From Chloroflexota bacterium (GTDB lineage Bacteria; Chloroflexota; Limnocylindria; Limnocylindrales; CSP1-4): a DNA stretch of 64,000 bases. The position numbers were made by a program, and so were the translations under genes. The stretch spans positions 45,610 through 109,609 of the forward strand of contig PMIP01000053.1 of the NCBI GenBank assembly GCA_003158295.1, read 5' to 3'. Positions 24,003 through 33,156 of this stretch are shown here, piece by piece (position 1 is the first letter of the stretch; each line of letters starts with the position of its first letter). A model generated the notes under the pieces. It was not told the origin of the DNA. It did no database searches and saw nothing but the letters and a program-made list of their open reading frames with translations.

Positions 24003-25286
24003 TCATGCTCCGACGCCCTCCGGCGCCACCTCTTCTGCGCCGTTTCGTCGCAACGCGCGGGCCAGGCCGTAGACCGCCCCCCCGACGAGCAAGACGCCGA
24101 GGATGCCGGAGATCTCGTAGCCGACGGCCGCATGCCAGAGCGGCGCGCTGGCATGGGAAAAGAACGGCAGGGGCACGCTGTAGCCCGACAGAGGAGCGCT
24201 GAAGATGCCGGAGAGATCTTGCAGGCCCGACGGGACGTAGCCGAACGCCGCCTTCACGTTCTCCGCGCTCCCCTCCCCGTAGGCAAACCCCGGAGCGATG
24301 AGCCCGATCGGCGCTATCACCGCAATGGCCGTGAAGGCCGCGCCGATGCGTTTCAGGCTGGCGGGCAGCACCAAGTACGCCGCCGGGACGAGCACGAGGC
24401 CGATGACTGCGGTCACGAGGAGCATCGTCGCCACGGAAGGCCAGTCGACCCGAGACCAATCGGCTCCGAACATCCGATTCGGATTCCCCCCGCCTTCAAC
24501 CAGACCCACGACCGCAAGCACGGCCGCGGAGCCGGCCGCCGCGGCGGTGACGACCTGCCAGAGCGGCCGACGGGCCGCGGTCCCGTCGATGGCCGCGTCC
24601 GGGGCGAAGATGCCGCGCAGGCTCGTCAGGTACTCCGGATGGCGCCGCTGGAGGTAGGAGACTCCGAGACCCGTGATCAGCCCCTCGACGATCGATGCGC
24701 CGAAAACGTGAGCGGCCAGCATCGCCGGGATGGCCTCGGAGAGACCGTACGGGCTGTACAGAGCGTGGCCGTTCTGCGAGAAGAGCACAGGTTCGATCCC
24801 GAGCTCGATGCCGACCGCGAGCGCAGACACTGTGATCCCGGCGTATGCGCCGATCCCGGCGGCGACGGCCCGCCGGGTGGAGAGCACCGGGGATCCGGCG
24901 GCTAGCACTCGATAGGTCGCGTAGCCCACGAAGGGCAAGATGATCCCCATGTTCAGACAGTTGGCGAAGATCGCCAGAATCCCCCCGTCCCCAAAGAAGA
25001 GGGCCTGGAGTATCAGGGCCGTGCTCACCGCAACGGCCGCGGCCCATGGGCCCAGGACGACCGCGATCAGCGTCCCCCCTACTCCATGTGCCGTCGTTCC
25101 GCCCGGAACCGGAATGTTGAACATCATGATCGTGAAGCTCAAGGCGGAGAAGATGGCCAGGAGCGGCACGGTTCGGTTGTTCAGTACCTTCTTGACTCTC
25201 TGCGTGGCGACGGCCCAGATGGGGATCGTTGGCACGGCGAGCGCGAGCGAGACGGCGGGCGCCAGATAGCCGTCGGGAATGTGCAC
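24003..25286 (-). CDS. cbiM: CbiM/NikM substrate-capture component fused to a PDGLE-like C-terminal domain
   Basis: GTG start with GGAGGAAG upstream. The N-terminus MHIPDGYL is the metal-binding CbiM/NikM signature. The C-terminal ~200 aa adds TM segments and YVPSGLQDL...PLSGYSVPLP, resembling PDGLE domains. Confidence 0.85.
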   Translation of the reverse strand: MHIPDGYLAPAVSLALAVPTIPIWAVATQRVKKVLNNRTVPLLAIFSALSFTIMMFNIPVPGGTTAHGVGGTLIAVVLGPWAAAVAVSTALILQALFFGDGGILAIFANCLNMGIILPFVGYATYRVLAAGSPVLSTRRAVAAGIGAYAGITVSALAVGIELGIEPVLFSQNGHALYSPYGLSEAIPAMLAAHVFGASIVEGLITGLGVSYLQRRHPEYLTSLRGIFAPDAAIDGTAARRPLWQVVTAAAAGSAAVLAVVGLVEGGGNPNRMFGADWSRVDWPSVATMLLVTAVIGLVLVPAAYLVLPASLKRIGAAFTAIAVIAPIGLIAPGFAYGEGSAENVKAAFGYVPSGLQDLSGIFSAPLSGYSVPLPFFSHASAPLWHAAVGYEISGILGVLLVGGAVYGLARALRRNGAEEVAPEGVGA

Positions 25287-25328
25287 CGTCCGCTTCCTCC
25301 GTTGCGCCTGTCGAGACTCGTCGCTATT

Positions 25329-25340
25329 GCAACGCGTTGC
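25329..25340. promoter_or_regulatory. perfect 12-bp palindrome GCAACGCGTTGC, candidate Fur-family operator
   Basis: Lies in the 84-bp divergent cbiM/fur-family intergenic region. It overlaps a TTGCAA-N18-TATTCT plus-strand promoter-like pair and sits downstream of a minus-strand TAGAAT. Confidence 0.4.
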
Positions 25341-25370
25341 GCTACGATCCTATTCTAGGGCGCGTCGGCA

Positions 25371-25871
25371 ATGCCCCACAATCGAGCGAGGAGAGAGGAC
25401 CGCACGGTGCCACAGCCCGACTCACCAGATCCTGCACGAGCCTCCGTAGCCAGCCCGTGGGACGGCGTCGCCGATCGGCTGCGCGCCAGCGGGCTGCGCT
25501 GGACTCCCCAGCGGCGCAATCTCGTCGAGGTTCTGCGCGAGCACGAGGGCCACGTCACCGCGACCGATCTGATAGCTCGCTGTCGCGAGCTGGATGGGAC
25601 CACCACTCCCTCAACCGTGTATCGGACGCTCGACGTTCTGGAGAACCTCGGTCTGGTCAGGCATGGCCACGCCGCGGACGGCCGCGAGGAGTACCACGTC
25701 CTCCCCGAACACGTTCACGGCCACCTCTACTGCGTCGGCTGCGGCACCACGTGGGAGATCAGGCCGGAGACCGGAGCCTTGATCGTGGACGCTCTGGCGG
25801 CCGACCTGGGCTTCTCCGTGGACCTGACACACGTCACGATCGCCGGTCGCTGCGAGGGCTGCCAGGAGTAG
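25371..25871 (+). CDS. Fur family transcriptional regulator (possibly Nur/Zur-like); alternative GTG start at 25407
   Basis: Winged-helix region TPQRRNLVEVLREHEGHVTATDL, metal-site residues HGH...HVHGH and C-x-x-C pairs (CVGC, CEGC). Confidence 0.85.
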   Translation: MPHNRARREDRTVPQPDSPDPARASVASPWDGVADRLRASGLRWTPQRRNLVEVLREHEGHVTATDLIARCRELDGTTTPSTVYRTLDVLENLGLVRHGHAADGREEYHVLPEHVHGHLYCVGCGTTWEIRPETGALIVDALAADLGFSVDLTHVTIAGRCEGCQE

Positions 25872-25902
25872 ACGGCCCGGTGGGTCGGCGGCCGACGGAC
25901 CG

Positions 25903-26571
25903 CTACGAGCTGGCTTCGTGTCGGTCGAGATCTCCAGCGCGAAGTGCCGTCCAGGCGGCCCACGCGGCGAGCGCCATCCCGGCCACGAAGACCGGCCACG
26001 GGTACCAGCCTGGCATCTCGCCGCTCATCAAGGCCGGAGCGTCCAGAGTGAAGCTCAGGACGACAATCAGGCCGCCGGCGACGGCAGTCGCCAGCCTCCG
26101 CCGGTCAACCAGAGGCGGCCTTCCCGAATGGCTCGCATGAGCTGCCGCCAGACCGAATCCGATGAGCGCGGCGCTCACTGCCACCGGCGCCCAGACCGGT
26201 CCAGCCCACGGCACCGGGATGAGGAACAGCACGTCCCAGGTCCCGGGCGAGTGGGGCCAGCCGATGAATACCCACAGCCAGGCGTAGTAAGCGATGTCCC
26301 AAACGCCAAACGCGACCGATGTCCAGGCCAGCCGATCGACCCATCGGCGGCCGAAGACGCAGCCGATCCAGGCCAGCAGCACGAGAGTCACGAACTCGCG
26401 ACCGACTTCGATCGCCACCAGGCTGCCGACGACGTCTCCACTGCGAAGCGGGAATAGCCGGTCCGGATCGATCGCGAGGGCGTGCTGCAGATATACGACG
26501 CACGCCGACTCGAGGTAGGCCATGGCGACGGCGAAGACGATGACCGTCAGGGCGATGGTTCGGAACCGCAT
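25903..26571 (-). CDS. hypothetical integral membrane protein (about 6-7 TM, Trp-rich)
   Basis: 222-aa hydrophobic ORF with high GC3. No motif recognised. Confidence 0.6.
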   Translation of the reverse strand: MRFRTIALTVIVFAVAMAYLESACVVYLQHALAIDPDRLFPLRSGDVVGSLVAIEVGREFVTLVLLAWIGCVFGRRWVDRLAWTSVAFGVWDIAYYAWLWVFIGWPHSPGTWDVLFLIPVPWAGPVWAPVAVSAALIGFGLAAAHASHSGRPPLVDRRRLATAVAGGLIVVLSFTLDAPALMSGEMPGWYPWPVFVAGMALAAWAAWTALRAGDLDRHEASS

Positions 26572-26742
26572 CGGCGCCTCCTGGATGCGTGGGGTCAGCC
26601 TGACCGCCGAATAGCGCGGTCCCTCCTCGGCTGACGGAGAGTGGCGCCCCCGCGGGGCTCGGGGCGGCCGACCGGCGCCCGAGGACGCGCCCAGATACTA
26701 CGCCGCTGTGAGTCGAGGCAGCTCGCGAGCGGACGGCGGTCG

Positions 26743-27471
26743 CTATTGCTGCTTTCGCTGGCCCTCGCTGCGAGCGACCGTCTCAAATGCGGCCCGAGAC
26801 ATCGGAGCCATCTTGGCGGTCCCGAAAGCGACTTCCATGGCGAGCGTGACCGCCATGCTCATGTCGCAGGCCGGCTTGACCTGCTTCAGGCAGTCGGCCA
26901 GCGCCACGGCGCACACGACATGCCGGAGATCGCGAGCCAAACCCGCTTTCGACTGGGCCGCGTCAACCGCGCCGCGTAACTCGTATGCCAGCCGCAGCGG
27001 CATGACATGCGGCTTGTTGCTCGCCGCCACCGACGTCGTGACGTTGCCCCACGCGGCCTTGCCGACGCTCGCAGCTACCCAGGCATATAGCCCATCGAGT
27101 GGCCGGAACAGGTCGAGCGGAACGGTAGCGGGTACCAGCTCGGAAACCAGGATCCCGACCACGCTGTCGGCGGGGCATTTAGCCAGATCCGACTGATCGC
27201 CCGACAGGTTGCAGTTGATCGCGTCGCCGAAGACGGGCGCGCCCGGTGTGATCGTGCTCGTCTCGATGTCGTACAGATCGGCGGCTAGGAGGGCCGCCTC
27301 CCCGGTCAGGGTCGCGAGAACGGTCACGTAGTCCTCTACTCGGACCGTGCCGGACTCTTCCTGCACGTACCCCAGGGCGACCTTCGCGAGTTGCGCCGCC
27401 GACTTTCGCACCGCCGGCGTGACGGCGGCTGTCCCGCTGCCTCCGCCTCCCCCGAAGGACCGCCGCGCCAA
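26743..27471 (-). CDS. hypothetical protein (Gly-rich N-terminus, probably helical)
   Basis: 242-aa ORF starting 30 nt downstream of the tRNA-Arg 3' end. No motif recognised. Confidence 0.55.
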   Translation of the reverse strand: MARRSFGGGGGSGTAAVTPAVRKSAAQLAKVALGYVQEESGTVRVEDYVTVLATLTGEAALLAADLYDIETSTITPGAPVFGDAINCNLSGDQSDLAKCPADSVVGILVSELVPATVPLDLFRPLDGLYAWVAASVGKAAWGNVTTSVAASNKPHVMPLRLAYELRGAVDAAQSKAGLARDLRHVVCAVALADCLKQVKPACDMSMAVTLAMEVAFGTAKMAPMSRAAFETVARSEGQRKQQ

Positions 27472-27501
27472 CCTGGCCTCCCCTCGTGCCGTGCTCAGAA
27501 G

Positions 27502-27577
27502 TGGCGCCCCCGGCCGGACTCGAACCGACGACGCCCGCCTTAGGACGGCGGCGCTCTGTCCACTGAGCTACGGGGGC
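27502..27577 (-). tRNA. tRNA-Arg (anticodon CCU), CCA encoded
   Basis: The reverse complement GCCCCCGTAGCTCAGTGGACAGAGCGCCGCCGTCCTAAGGCGGGCGTCGTCGGTTCGAGTCCGGCCGGGGGCGCCA folds as a cloverleaf with anticodon loop GTCCTAA. Confidence 0.95.
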
Positions 27578-27651
27578 TCGCGGCGATGTTACCGCGTCTG
27601 GAGGGCTCCGCGGCAACTCCGGGAAGGCTTGACGCGTTCACGAGGTACAAC

Positions 27652-27671
27652 CGGCGCCACCAGGGGCGCCG
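27652..27671 (-). terminator. hairpin downstream of the nrdR-dcd-MBL operon
   Basis: CGGCGCC-ACCAGG-GGCGCCG forms a 7-bp GC stem. On the minus strand it is followed by GUUGUACC, a weak U-tract. Confidence 0.35.
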
Positions 27672-27679
27672 CCGGCCCG

Positions 27680-28540
27680 CTACTCCGGCTCGAAGCGAAA
27701 GCGGTCTCGATCGCGCGTGAGGCGGCCCACGGGGTGGACCGGCTCGTGAGAGAGGACGATCGTCCAGCTCTCTTCCGCGGCACGGGCGAAGAGCGATGCC
27801 TTGACGACCACCGAGTCCAGCGGGAAGTCGTCGAAGGCCGTGACCCATTTCGGGTTGGCGCTCCACGGCCTCATGCACAGGTCGCCGAAGAAGGCGACCG
27901 TCCTGCTCCGGCCGCGTATCAGCACTCCCTGGTGCCCGGCCGAGTGGCCGCCGGTAGGGACGACCGAGACGCCCGGGAGCACCTCCGTCTCGCCGTTCAC
28001 CGCCCCGGACAGACCCAGGTCGCGAACGAGCCGCAGCTCAGGCTGGTCGTAGCTCGCGACAAGGCGGGGATTCTCTCCGAGCGCCATCTCCCACTCGGCC
28101 TGCTGGGCCACGAAGCTCGCCCTCGGGAAGGCGCGCGAGCCGTCCGCCCGCAAGACCCCGCCGGCATGGTCGTAATGGAGGTGGCTGACCGCCACGACGT
28201 CCACCGTGTCCGGGCTGAATCCGGCCGCTTCCAGCGCCGGCAGTATCCAGGGCCCCTCGTAGCGCCGCATCTGGCGGCCTTTGTCGTCGATCCGGTCGCC
28301 GATCCCCGTCTCGACCAGGACCCGCCCCGACGGCGTCTCGACCAGCAGGCAGTTGAGCGCCTGCAAGAGGCGGTGGTCGGCGTCTATCTCGTCGACAACC
28401 AGCTTGTTCCACATCATCCGCGGGACAACCCCGAGGAGGGCCCCAGCGTCCGAGCGGAAGGTACCTGCCTGGATCAGCGCAACTCGCGTCCCACCGCCGA
28501 GATCGGCGGCCCAGTGGACGCTGTCGTTGAGAGTGGTCAC
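27680..28540 (-). CDS. MBL-fold metallo-hydrolase
   Basis: HLHYDHAGG (HxHxDH) motif and a later GGHSAGH. GTGA overlap with the dcd stop. Confidence 0.8.
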   Translation of the reverse strand: MTTLNDSVHWAADLGGGTRVALIQAGTFRSDAGALLGVVPRMMWNKLVVDEIDADHRLLQALNCLLVETPSGRVLVETGIGDRIDDKGRQMRRYEGPWILPALEAAGFSPDTVDVVAVSHLHYDHAGGVLRADGSRAFPRASFVAQQAEWEMALGENPRLVASYDQPELRLVRDLGLSGAVNGETEVLPGVSVVPTGGHSAGHQGVLIRGRSRTVAFFGDLCMRPWSANPKWVTAFDDFPLDSVVVKASLFARAAEESWTIVLSHEPVHPVGRLTRDRDRFRFEPE

Positions 28541-29145
28541 CGCATCGACCGCCTGGGGGGTTCCGCGCCCCTGCGGCCCCGTTCGAAGTCCTCGAAATAC
28601 GCCGAGGCCGTCGGCTCGGACTGACCCTGGTACTTGGACCCGAGGCCCGCCGAGCCGTACGGTCTATCCACCGGGCTCGACATCTCGAAGAAGCTGATCT
28701 GACCGATCCTCATACCGAAGTAGAGCGCAATCGGGAGATTGGCGACGTTCGAGAGCTCGAGCGTCAGCTTGCCCTTCCAGCCGGGGTCGACGTAGCCGGC
28801 GGTCGAATGGATGAGCAAGCCCAACCGGCCGAGCGACGACTTTCCTTCGAGTCGAGCCACCAGATCGTTTGGCAGCTCGACCCACTCGAGGGTCTGGCCC
28901 AGGACGAACTCACCGGGATGGAGGACAAAAGGCTCGTCGTCGGTGACGGTCAGGAGCTCGGTCAGGTCGGTTTGGGGCGCTCGCACGTCGATGAACGCGT
29001 AGCGGTTGTTCCGGAAGACGCGGAAGCTTCGATCCAGGTGAAGGTCGATGGAAGATGGCTGAAGGTCGTCTTCGTCGTAGGGCTCGACCTTGACCCGACC
29101 GCCGGCCAACGCGATGGCGATGTCGCGATCGGAGAGGACGCTCAC
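28537..29145 (-). CDS. dcd: dCTP deaminase (possibly bifunctional dCTP deaminase/dUTPase)
   Basis: MSVLSDRDI...SSIDLHLD...[25 protein letters not shown], typical of Dcd. GTGA overlap with the nrdR stop. Confidence 0.9.
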   Translation of the reverse strand: MSVLSDRDIAIALAGGRVKVEPYDEDDLQPSSIDLHLDRSFRVFRNNRYAFIDVRAPQTDLTELLTVTDDEPFVLHPGEFVLGQTLEWVELPNDLVARLEGKSSLGRLGLLIHSTAGYVDPGWKGKLTLELSNVANLPIALYFGMRIGQISFFEMSSPVDRPYGSAGLGSKYQGQSEPTASAYFEDFERGRRGAEPPRRSMR

Positions 29146-29615
29146 TTGACCGTGGCTCCGCTCTCGCGCTGCGCGTACAGGTTGTCCACCTCCCGCTTGA
29201 GTGCCTCCAGGTCCTCGAAGCTCTGATAGACGCTGGCGAATCGGATATACGCGATCTGGTCAAGGCCTCGGAGCTTGTCCATCGCCAGGCGGCCTATCTC
29301 CGAGGACTCGACCTCGGTCCCGCCTCCCGCCCGCAGCTGGGCTTCTATCTGGTCGGCCGCCTGTTCGGCGCTGTCCTCCGGCAGTGGCCGGCGGGTCAAG
29401 GCCTTGCGGAATCCCGAGACGAGTTTCTCGCGGTCGAACTCCTGGCGCGAGCCGTCCCGCTTGACTACTACCAGGCGTGGCGCCTCGATCCGCTCGTAGG
29501 TAGTGAAGCGCGCGCCGCAGGTTTCACACTCGCGCCGGCGGCGAATGCTCGCCTCGTCGAGATCGCGAGAATCGACGACCCGCGTCTCTCGCTCTCCGCA
29601 TCGCGGACAACGCAT
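29142..29615 (-). CDS. nrdR: transcriptional repressor NrdR
   Basis: [18 protein letters not shown]...[17 protein letters not shown] zinc ribbon plus an ATP-cone. Start placed at the internal ATG 29615. Confidence 0.9.
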   Translation of the reverse strand: MRCPRCGERETRVVDSRDLDEASIRRRRECETCGARFTTYERIEAPRLVVVKRDGSRQEFDREKLVSGFRKALTRRPLPEDSAEQAADQIEAQLRAGGGTEVESSEIGRLAMDKLRGLDQIAYIRFASVYQSFEDLEALKREVDNLYAQRESGATVK

Positions 29616-29723
29616 CGATTCCGACTCCTCACGCTCGAGCGCCGATCGTCCCGGCGAGAATAGCACCGCCCGCCGCGGGCCTCACCGACGTGGCCTGAGC
29701 GGCCCGGACTGAGCCGTCAGGCC

Positions 29724-30266
29724 TCAGTGGCGCCGCGCCAACCTGCCGGTGTCGCTGCCGGCTTCTCGAGCCAGCTGCTCGCCCCGAGCCCGGATCGCTT
29801 CCCTGGCGTGGACCAGGTTCAAGTAGCCTCGCTTGATGGAGGTCTCGCCTTCGCCGACTCGGTCGATCGTCATGTCGAGCATCAGCTGCCGGCCGTGTTC
29901 CACCAGGGCGACGGCACGCTGGGCCCGCTCGATCTCGGCGACCAGGCCGGTTCCCAACTCGCCCTCCGTGCCTTTCTGGTCGACGGCCTGCGCCTCCTGG
30001 GCATATCGGCGCAGTGCCTCGGTCGAGGCGCGAAGGCTCGACGCCCCGGACTCGGGGCCGGACTTCCTGCGGCGCAGGTCATCGACGACCTCGCACAGCT
30101 CCGAGAGAGAGGTGACGGCGCGATGGGCGATGTCGGCCGCGGCTCTCTCCCGCTGTGCGGAACGGCGAAGCTCCCCGCCGACCACCATCACCCGCCACAG
30201 CACGTAGGCGACGGCCACGCCCATGGCGAAGAAGATGATGAGCGGGACCATCACGCCGACCGACAT
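29724..30266 (-). CDS. hypothetical protein, N-terminal TM plus coiled-coil-like region
   Basis: 180-aa ORF, MSVGVMVPLIIFFAMGVAVAYVLW followed by a charged helical region. Confidence 0.55.
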   Translation of the reverse strand: MSVGVMVPLIIFFAMGVAVAYVLWRVMVVGGELRRSAQRERAAADIAHRAVTSLSELCEVVDDLRRRKSGPESGASSLRASTEALRRYAQEAQAVDQKGTEGELGTGLVAEIERAQRAVALVEHGRQLMLDMTIDRVGEGETSIKRGYLNLVHAREAIRARGEQLAREAGSDTGRLARRH

Positions 30267-30444
30267 CTCTCCGCCTCAGGCTCGGTCAGCCGGCATACCG
30301 GATAGGTCGTGCATGGAAGCAGTCAAGTGGGAACATCCTCAGGGCGGCGCGACGCGCTCACTCTAGCGAATGACGGACCCGCAGGCGAGGCCCGAGACCG
30401 CAACTTCGTACCATCCTGGGCCTTCTGGGGCGTTCCGGTGCGCT

Positions 30445-31095
30445 CTAGGGGGCTCCCCTGCGCATCGGCGGCCGCGTCCCAGGGCCGCGACCCGAACCAC
30501 CCCCGACTCGACCCGCGATCCGGGCTCCTCTGGGCGGCTTCTGGCCACTTCCGGGGTCGCTCTGGCGCCGCCACGCGTCCTGCTCGCCGGCCGTGGCCGA
30601 AACCAGCCGGACCGATCGTATTGCGGCCTCGGGCTCCAGGTCTCTGACCATGTCGTAGACCGTAAGCGCGGCAACCGCAGCCGCGGTCAGGGCCTCCATA
30701 TCCACGCCGGTCGCACCCACGGCGGCGGTCTCGCTCCGGATCCGCACGGCCCCCGCCGCCCGGTCCGGAACGGCGTTGACGACCAGTTCCGTGAGCCCGG
30801 CGGCATGAGCGAGCGGGATGAGATCGCTGGCCCGCTTGCCGGCCATGACGCCGGCCAGCTCGGCCACTCCCAGCACGTCGCCCTTTGGGTTGGTTCCGTC
30901 GACGATAGCGCTCAGGGTCTCCTGAGAGACCGCCACCTCGGCCTCGGCGACCGCCCGGTGGACGGTCAGTGGCCGCTCTGTCAGGCCGGGCATGCGCGGC
31001 CGCGCCATCCTGTCGACGTGCCCGGACCTCCGTCGTTCCGCGCGCGACCCGTCCTCGAAGACGTCACCGTCCCCGGGCTTCATCTGGGAAGGCAT
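30445..31095 (-). CDS. moaC: cyclic pyranopterin monophosphate synthase MoaC (with a low-complexity C-terminal extension)
   Basis: GKRASDLIPLAHAAGL...GVDMEALTAAAVAALTVYDM matches the MoaC core. No other moa genes are in the window. Confidence 0.85.
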   Translation of the reverse strand: MPSQMKPGDGDVFEDGSRAERRRSGHVDRMARPRMPGLTERPLTVHRAVAEAEVAVSQETLSAIVDGTNPKGDVLGVAELAGVMAGKRASDLIPLAHAAGLTELVVNAVPDRAAGAVRIRSETAAVGATGVDMEALTAAAVAALTVYDMVRDLEPEAAIRSVRLVSATAGEQDAWRRQSDPGSGQKPPRGARIAGRVGGGSGRGPGTRPPMRRGAP

Positions 31096-31218
31096 GCCTT
31101 GTCCTCCTCGACTGTCAGTCGGCCGGCGGTTGAGTGGAACGCGGCCGCTATCGAATACGCGCGTACACAGGCAACGCGGGTGGTCGCGGGTTCAAAGGCC
31201 GGTACAGCGTCCACGTCT

Positions 31219-32412
31219 CTAGAAACCACCGAACCTGCCCCGCTTCCCCTGCCCGGTGACCAGCATTTGCCGCTGCCGCTCCTCGGCTCTCTGGTGTATC
31301 AGGCGCGCCGCCGAGCGACGAGTGACGAGCGCCTGATCGGCTCCGGCCGGCACTAGCAGCAGGGCGTCGAGGCCCGAACGCTCCAGCATCTCCAGCGCCG
31401 TCCACAGGCCGGTTTCCCCGCTGATACGGGGGACGTTGGCGATTGGAACCATCGCCTGCTCCGTCCGCGTGTTCGGCCATGATCGCCGTGGGATCCGACG
31501 GATCTGGGCCGTCCCGACGAGGCCTACCAACTCCGATCCCCGTTCGACGAGCGCGGCCGTGCCCAGACGCTCGCCCAGGTACTCGCCGGCAAACACGTCC
31601 AGAGTCAGCTGAGGTGGCACGCGGGCCTGCTCCGAGTCGGTTGCGTCGCCTGCCAGCAACCCTGCAACAAGGCCTTGAAGCACCGTTCGTCGATCGAGCA
31701 AGCGGCTGGACCCCACGATCAGCCAGCCGGCAACCACGAGCCCGAGACCGCCGAACAGATCCCAGAAGACCATGGTCAGGGTTCCCACCGCCATGAGCAG
31801 CAGGCCGACGTAGCGACCTACTCGGACGGCCGCCGCGGTGGCGGCGGCTTCCTGGCCGGTCCGGCGCCACTCCAGCGCGTGAACGATTCGGGCGCCGTCG
31901 AGCGGGTAGCCCGGGATGAGATTGACGAAGGCCAGGAAGGCATTGAACACGCCCAGCATGACGGCCACGAACTCGACCGCCTGCAGCCCCTGGGGCGCCT
32001 TGTTGATGTCCCCCGTGCCGACCGTGAGGATCGCGGCGATTGCGGCAAGAACGGCTGTGATGACCAGGGTCACGGCCGGTCCGGCCGCCGCGACCCGGAA
32101 CTCCTGGCCCGGTGTCTTGGGGCTGACGCCGGCCACGAACGTGCCACCGAGCAGCTGGATCACCACGACGGGCCCTTCCATGCCATTCCTTCGCGCCACC
32201 GCGACGTGGGCCAGCTCGTGGGCCGTCACCGACACGAAGACGAGCGCCGCCATGGCGATGGAAGCGGCCCAGGCCAGAGACGGCGGCCAGTCAGAGCCGC
32301 CGCCGGCAGTGAGATCGAGGCTGAAGACCACGGCGATGAACGCCAGGATCGGGATCCAGGTCCAATGGGCCCTGATCTCCGTGCCGAAGATGCGCCCGAG
32401 CGGAACGTTCAT
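31219..32412 (-). CDS. site-2 protease family (M50) zinc metalloprotease with a CBS-like C-terminal region
   Basis: HELAHVAVARRNGM (HExxH) within a TM segment, then NLIPGYPLDG, then a soluble C-terminal domain. Confidence 0.8.
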   Translation of the reverse strand: MNVPLGRIFGTEIRAHWTWIPILAFIAVVFSLDLTAGGGSDWPPSLAWAASIAMAALVFVSVTAHELAHVAVARRNGMEGPVVVIQLLGGTFVAGVSPKTPGQEFRVAAAGPAVTLVITAVLAAIAAILTVGTGDINKAPQGLQAVEFVAVMLGVFNAFLAFVNLIPGYPLDGARIVHALEWRRTGQEAAATAAAVRVGRYVGLLLMAVGTLTMVFWDLFGGLGLVVAGWLIVGSSRLLDRRTVLQGLVAGLLAGDATDSEQARVPPQLTLDVFAGEYLGERLGTAALVERGSELVGLVGTAQIRRIPRRSWPNTRTEQAMVPIANVPRISGETGLWTALEMLERSGLDALLLVPAGADQALVTRRSAARLIHQRAEERQRQMLVTGQGKRGRFGGF

Positions 32413-33098
32413 CGACCGGGCTCCACATCATCAGGCGTCGTTCTGAGGAGGGCGGCCTCGCCGAGGCGGCGTGCGCCGGATCTCACGCCCAGCGACAGGA
32501 TGAGCACGGCCAGAGCCAGCGCGAGGCTCGTCTCCGACCAGAACTGATCCGGGAAAAGCTGGACCAGCTTCTCGGTCCGCGGATCGAACATGTACGTGCC
32601 CGGCGGAAAGAAGATCTGATGGAAGAGCTCGAAGGCCTGGTCGAAGAAGACCGCGAAGGCGAGTCCCACGACGACGACCCCGCCCGCGAGCACGGAGGCC
32701 CCAACCTCCGTGGCCTGCCAGAACCAGCGCCGTCCGCGACTGGCGATGCCGATCGAACCCAGCACCAGGGCCGCGGCCAGGGCCACGGCGCCCAGGCTCG
32801 TGAGGACGGACCGGACGTCCGCCATGTGGGCCCGCGAGCGCTGATCGAGCACGGGTTGGCCGTCAATCGCCACGTCGAAGCTTGGGGGGCCGAACACGAG
32901 GTCGGAAAGGATGCTTCCGGTCACTGCCTGCACCTGAGACGGCGTGTAGCCGGTCAGTCCCGCAACGTCGCTGCGGCTCTGGTCGAAGCCGACCCAGACC
33001 GGGTTGAGGAATAGCAGGACCGCCGCCGCGACCACGACGAACGGCGTGGCCACGGCCGCGGCGATCGCAGCGGTGCGTTCCGGGGGCGAGAGTCTCAC
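32409..33098 (-). CDS. integral membrane protein (TIGR01906/DUF1461-like by impression)
   Basis: GTG start at 33098 avoids overlap with the decarboxylase gene. Four TM segments and FHQIFFPPGTYMFDPRTEKLVQLFPDQFW. Confidence 0.6.
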   Translation of the reverse strand: MRLSPPERTAAIAAAVATPFVVVAAAVLLFLNPVWVGFDQSRSDVAGLTGYTPSQVQAVTGSILSDLVFGPPSFDVAIDGQPVLDQRSRAHMADVRSVLTSLGAVALAAALVLGSIGIASRGRRWFWQATEVGASVLAGGVVVVGLAFAVFFDQAFELFHQIFFPPGTYMFDPRTEKLVQLFPDQFWSETSLALALAVLILSLGVRSGARRLGEAALLRTTPDDVEPGR

Positions 33099-33156
33099 GC
33101 AGTCATCGTAGCGCCCCGGAGCATGATCGCCCGTCCGGCCGCCGCGAGGCGCTCGG

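Noticed and set aside
25287-25370. Cobalamin riboswitch upstream of the cbiM operon
   Set aside because: The intergenic region is only 84 nt, with the RBS 6 nt from the start, which is far too short for a B12 element. A protein operator is more plausible.
29616-29723. NrdR box (autoregulation) upstream of nrdR
   Set aside because: I saw no match to the ACACAATATATTGTGT-like palindrome on either strand.
31096-31218. Moco riboswitch upstream of moaC; also the 10-bp palindrome TACGCGCGTA at 31156-31165 and a GCGGCCGC site
   Set aside because: I could not identify the conserved Moco-motif helices by eye in 123 nt. Short GC palindromes are frequent at this GC content. Rfam RF01055 would settle it.
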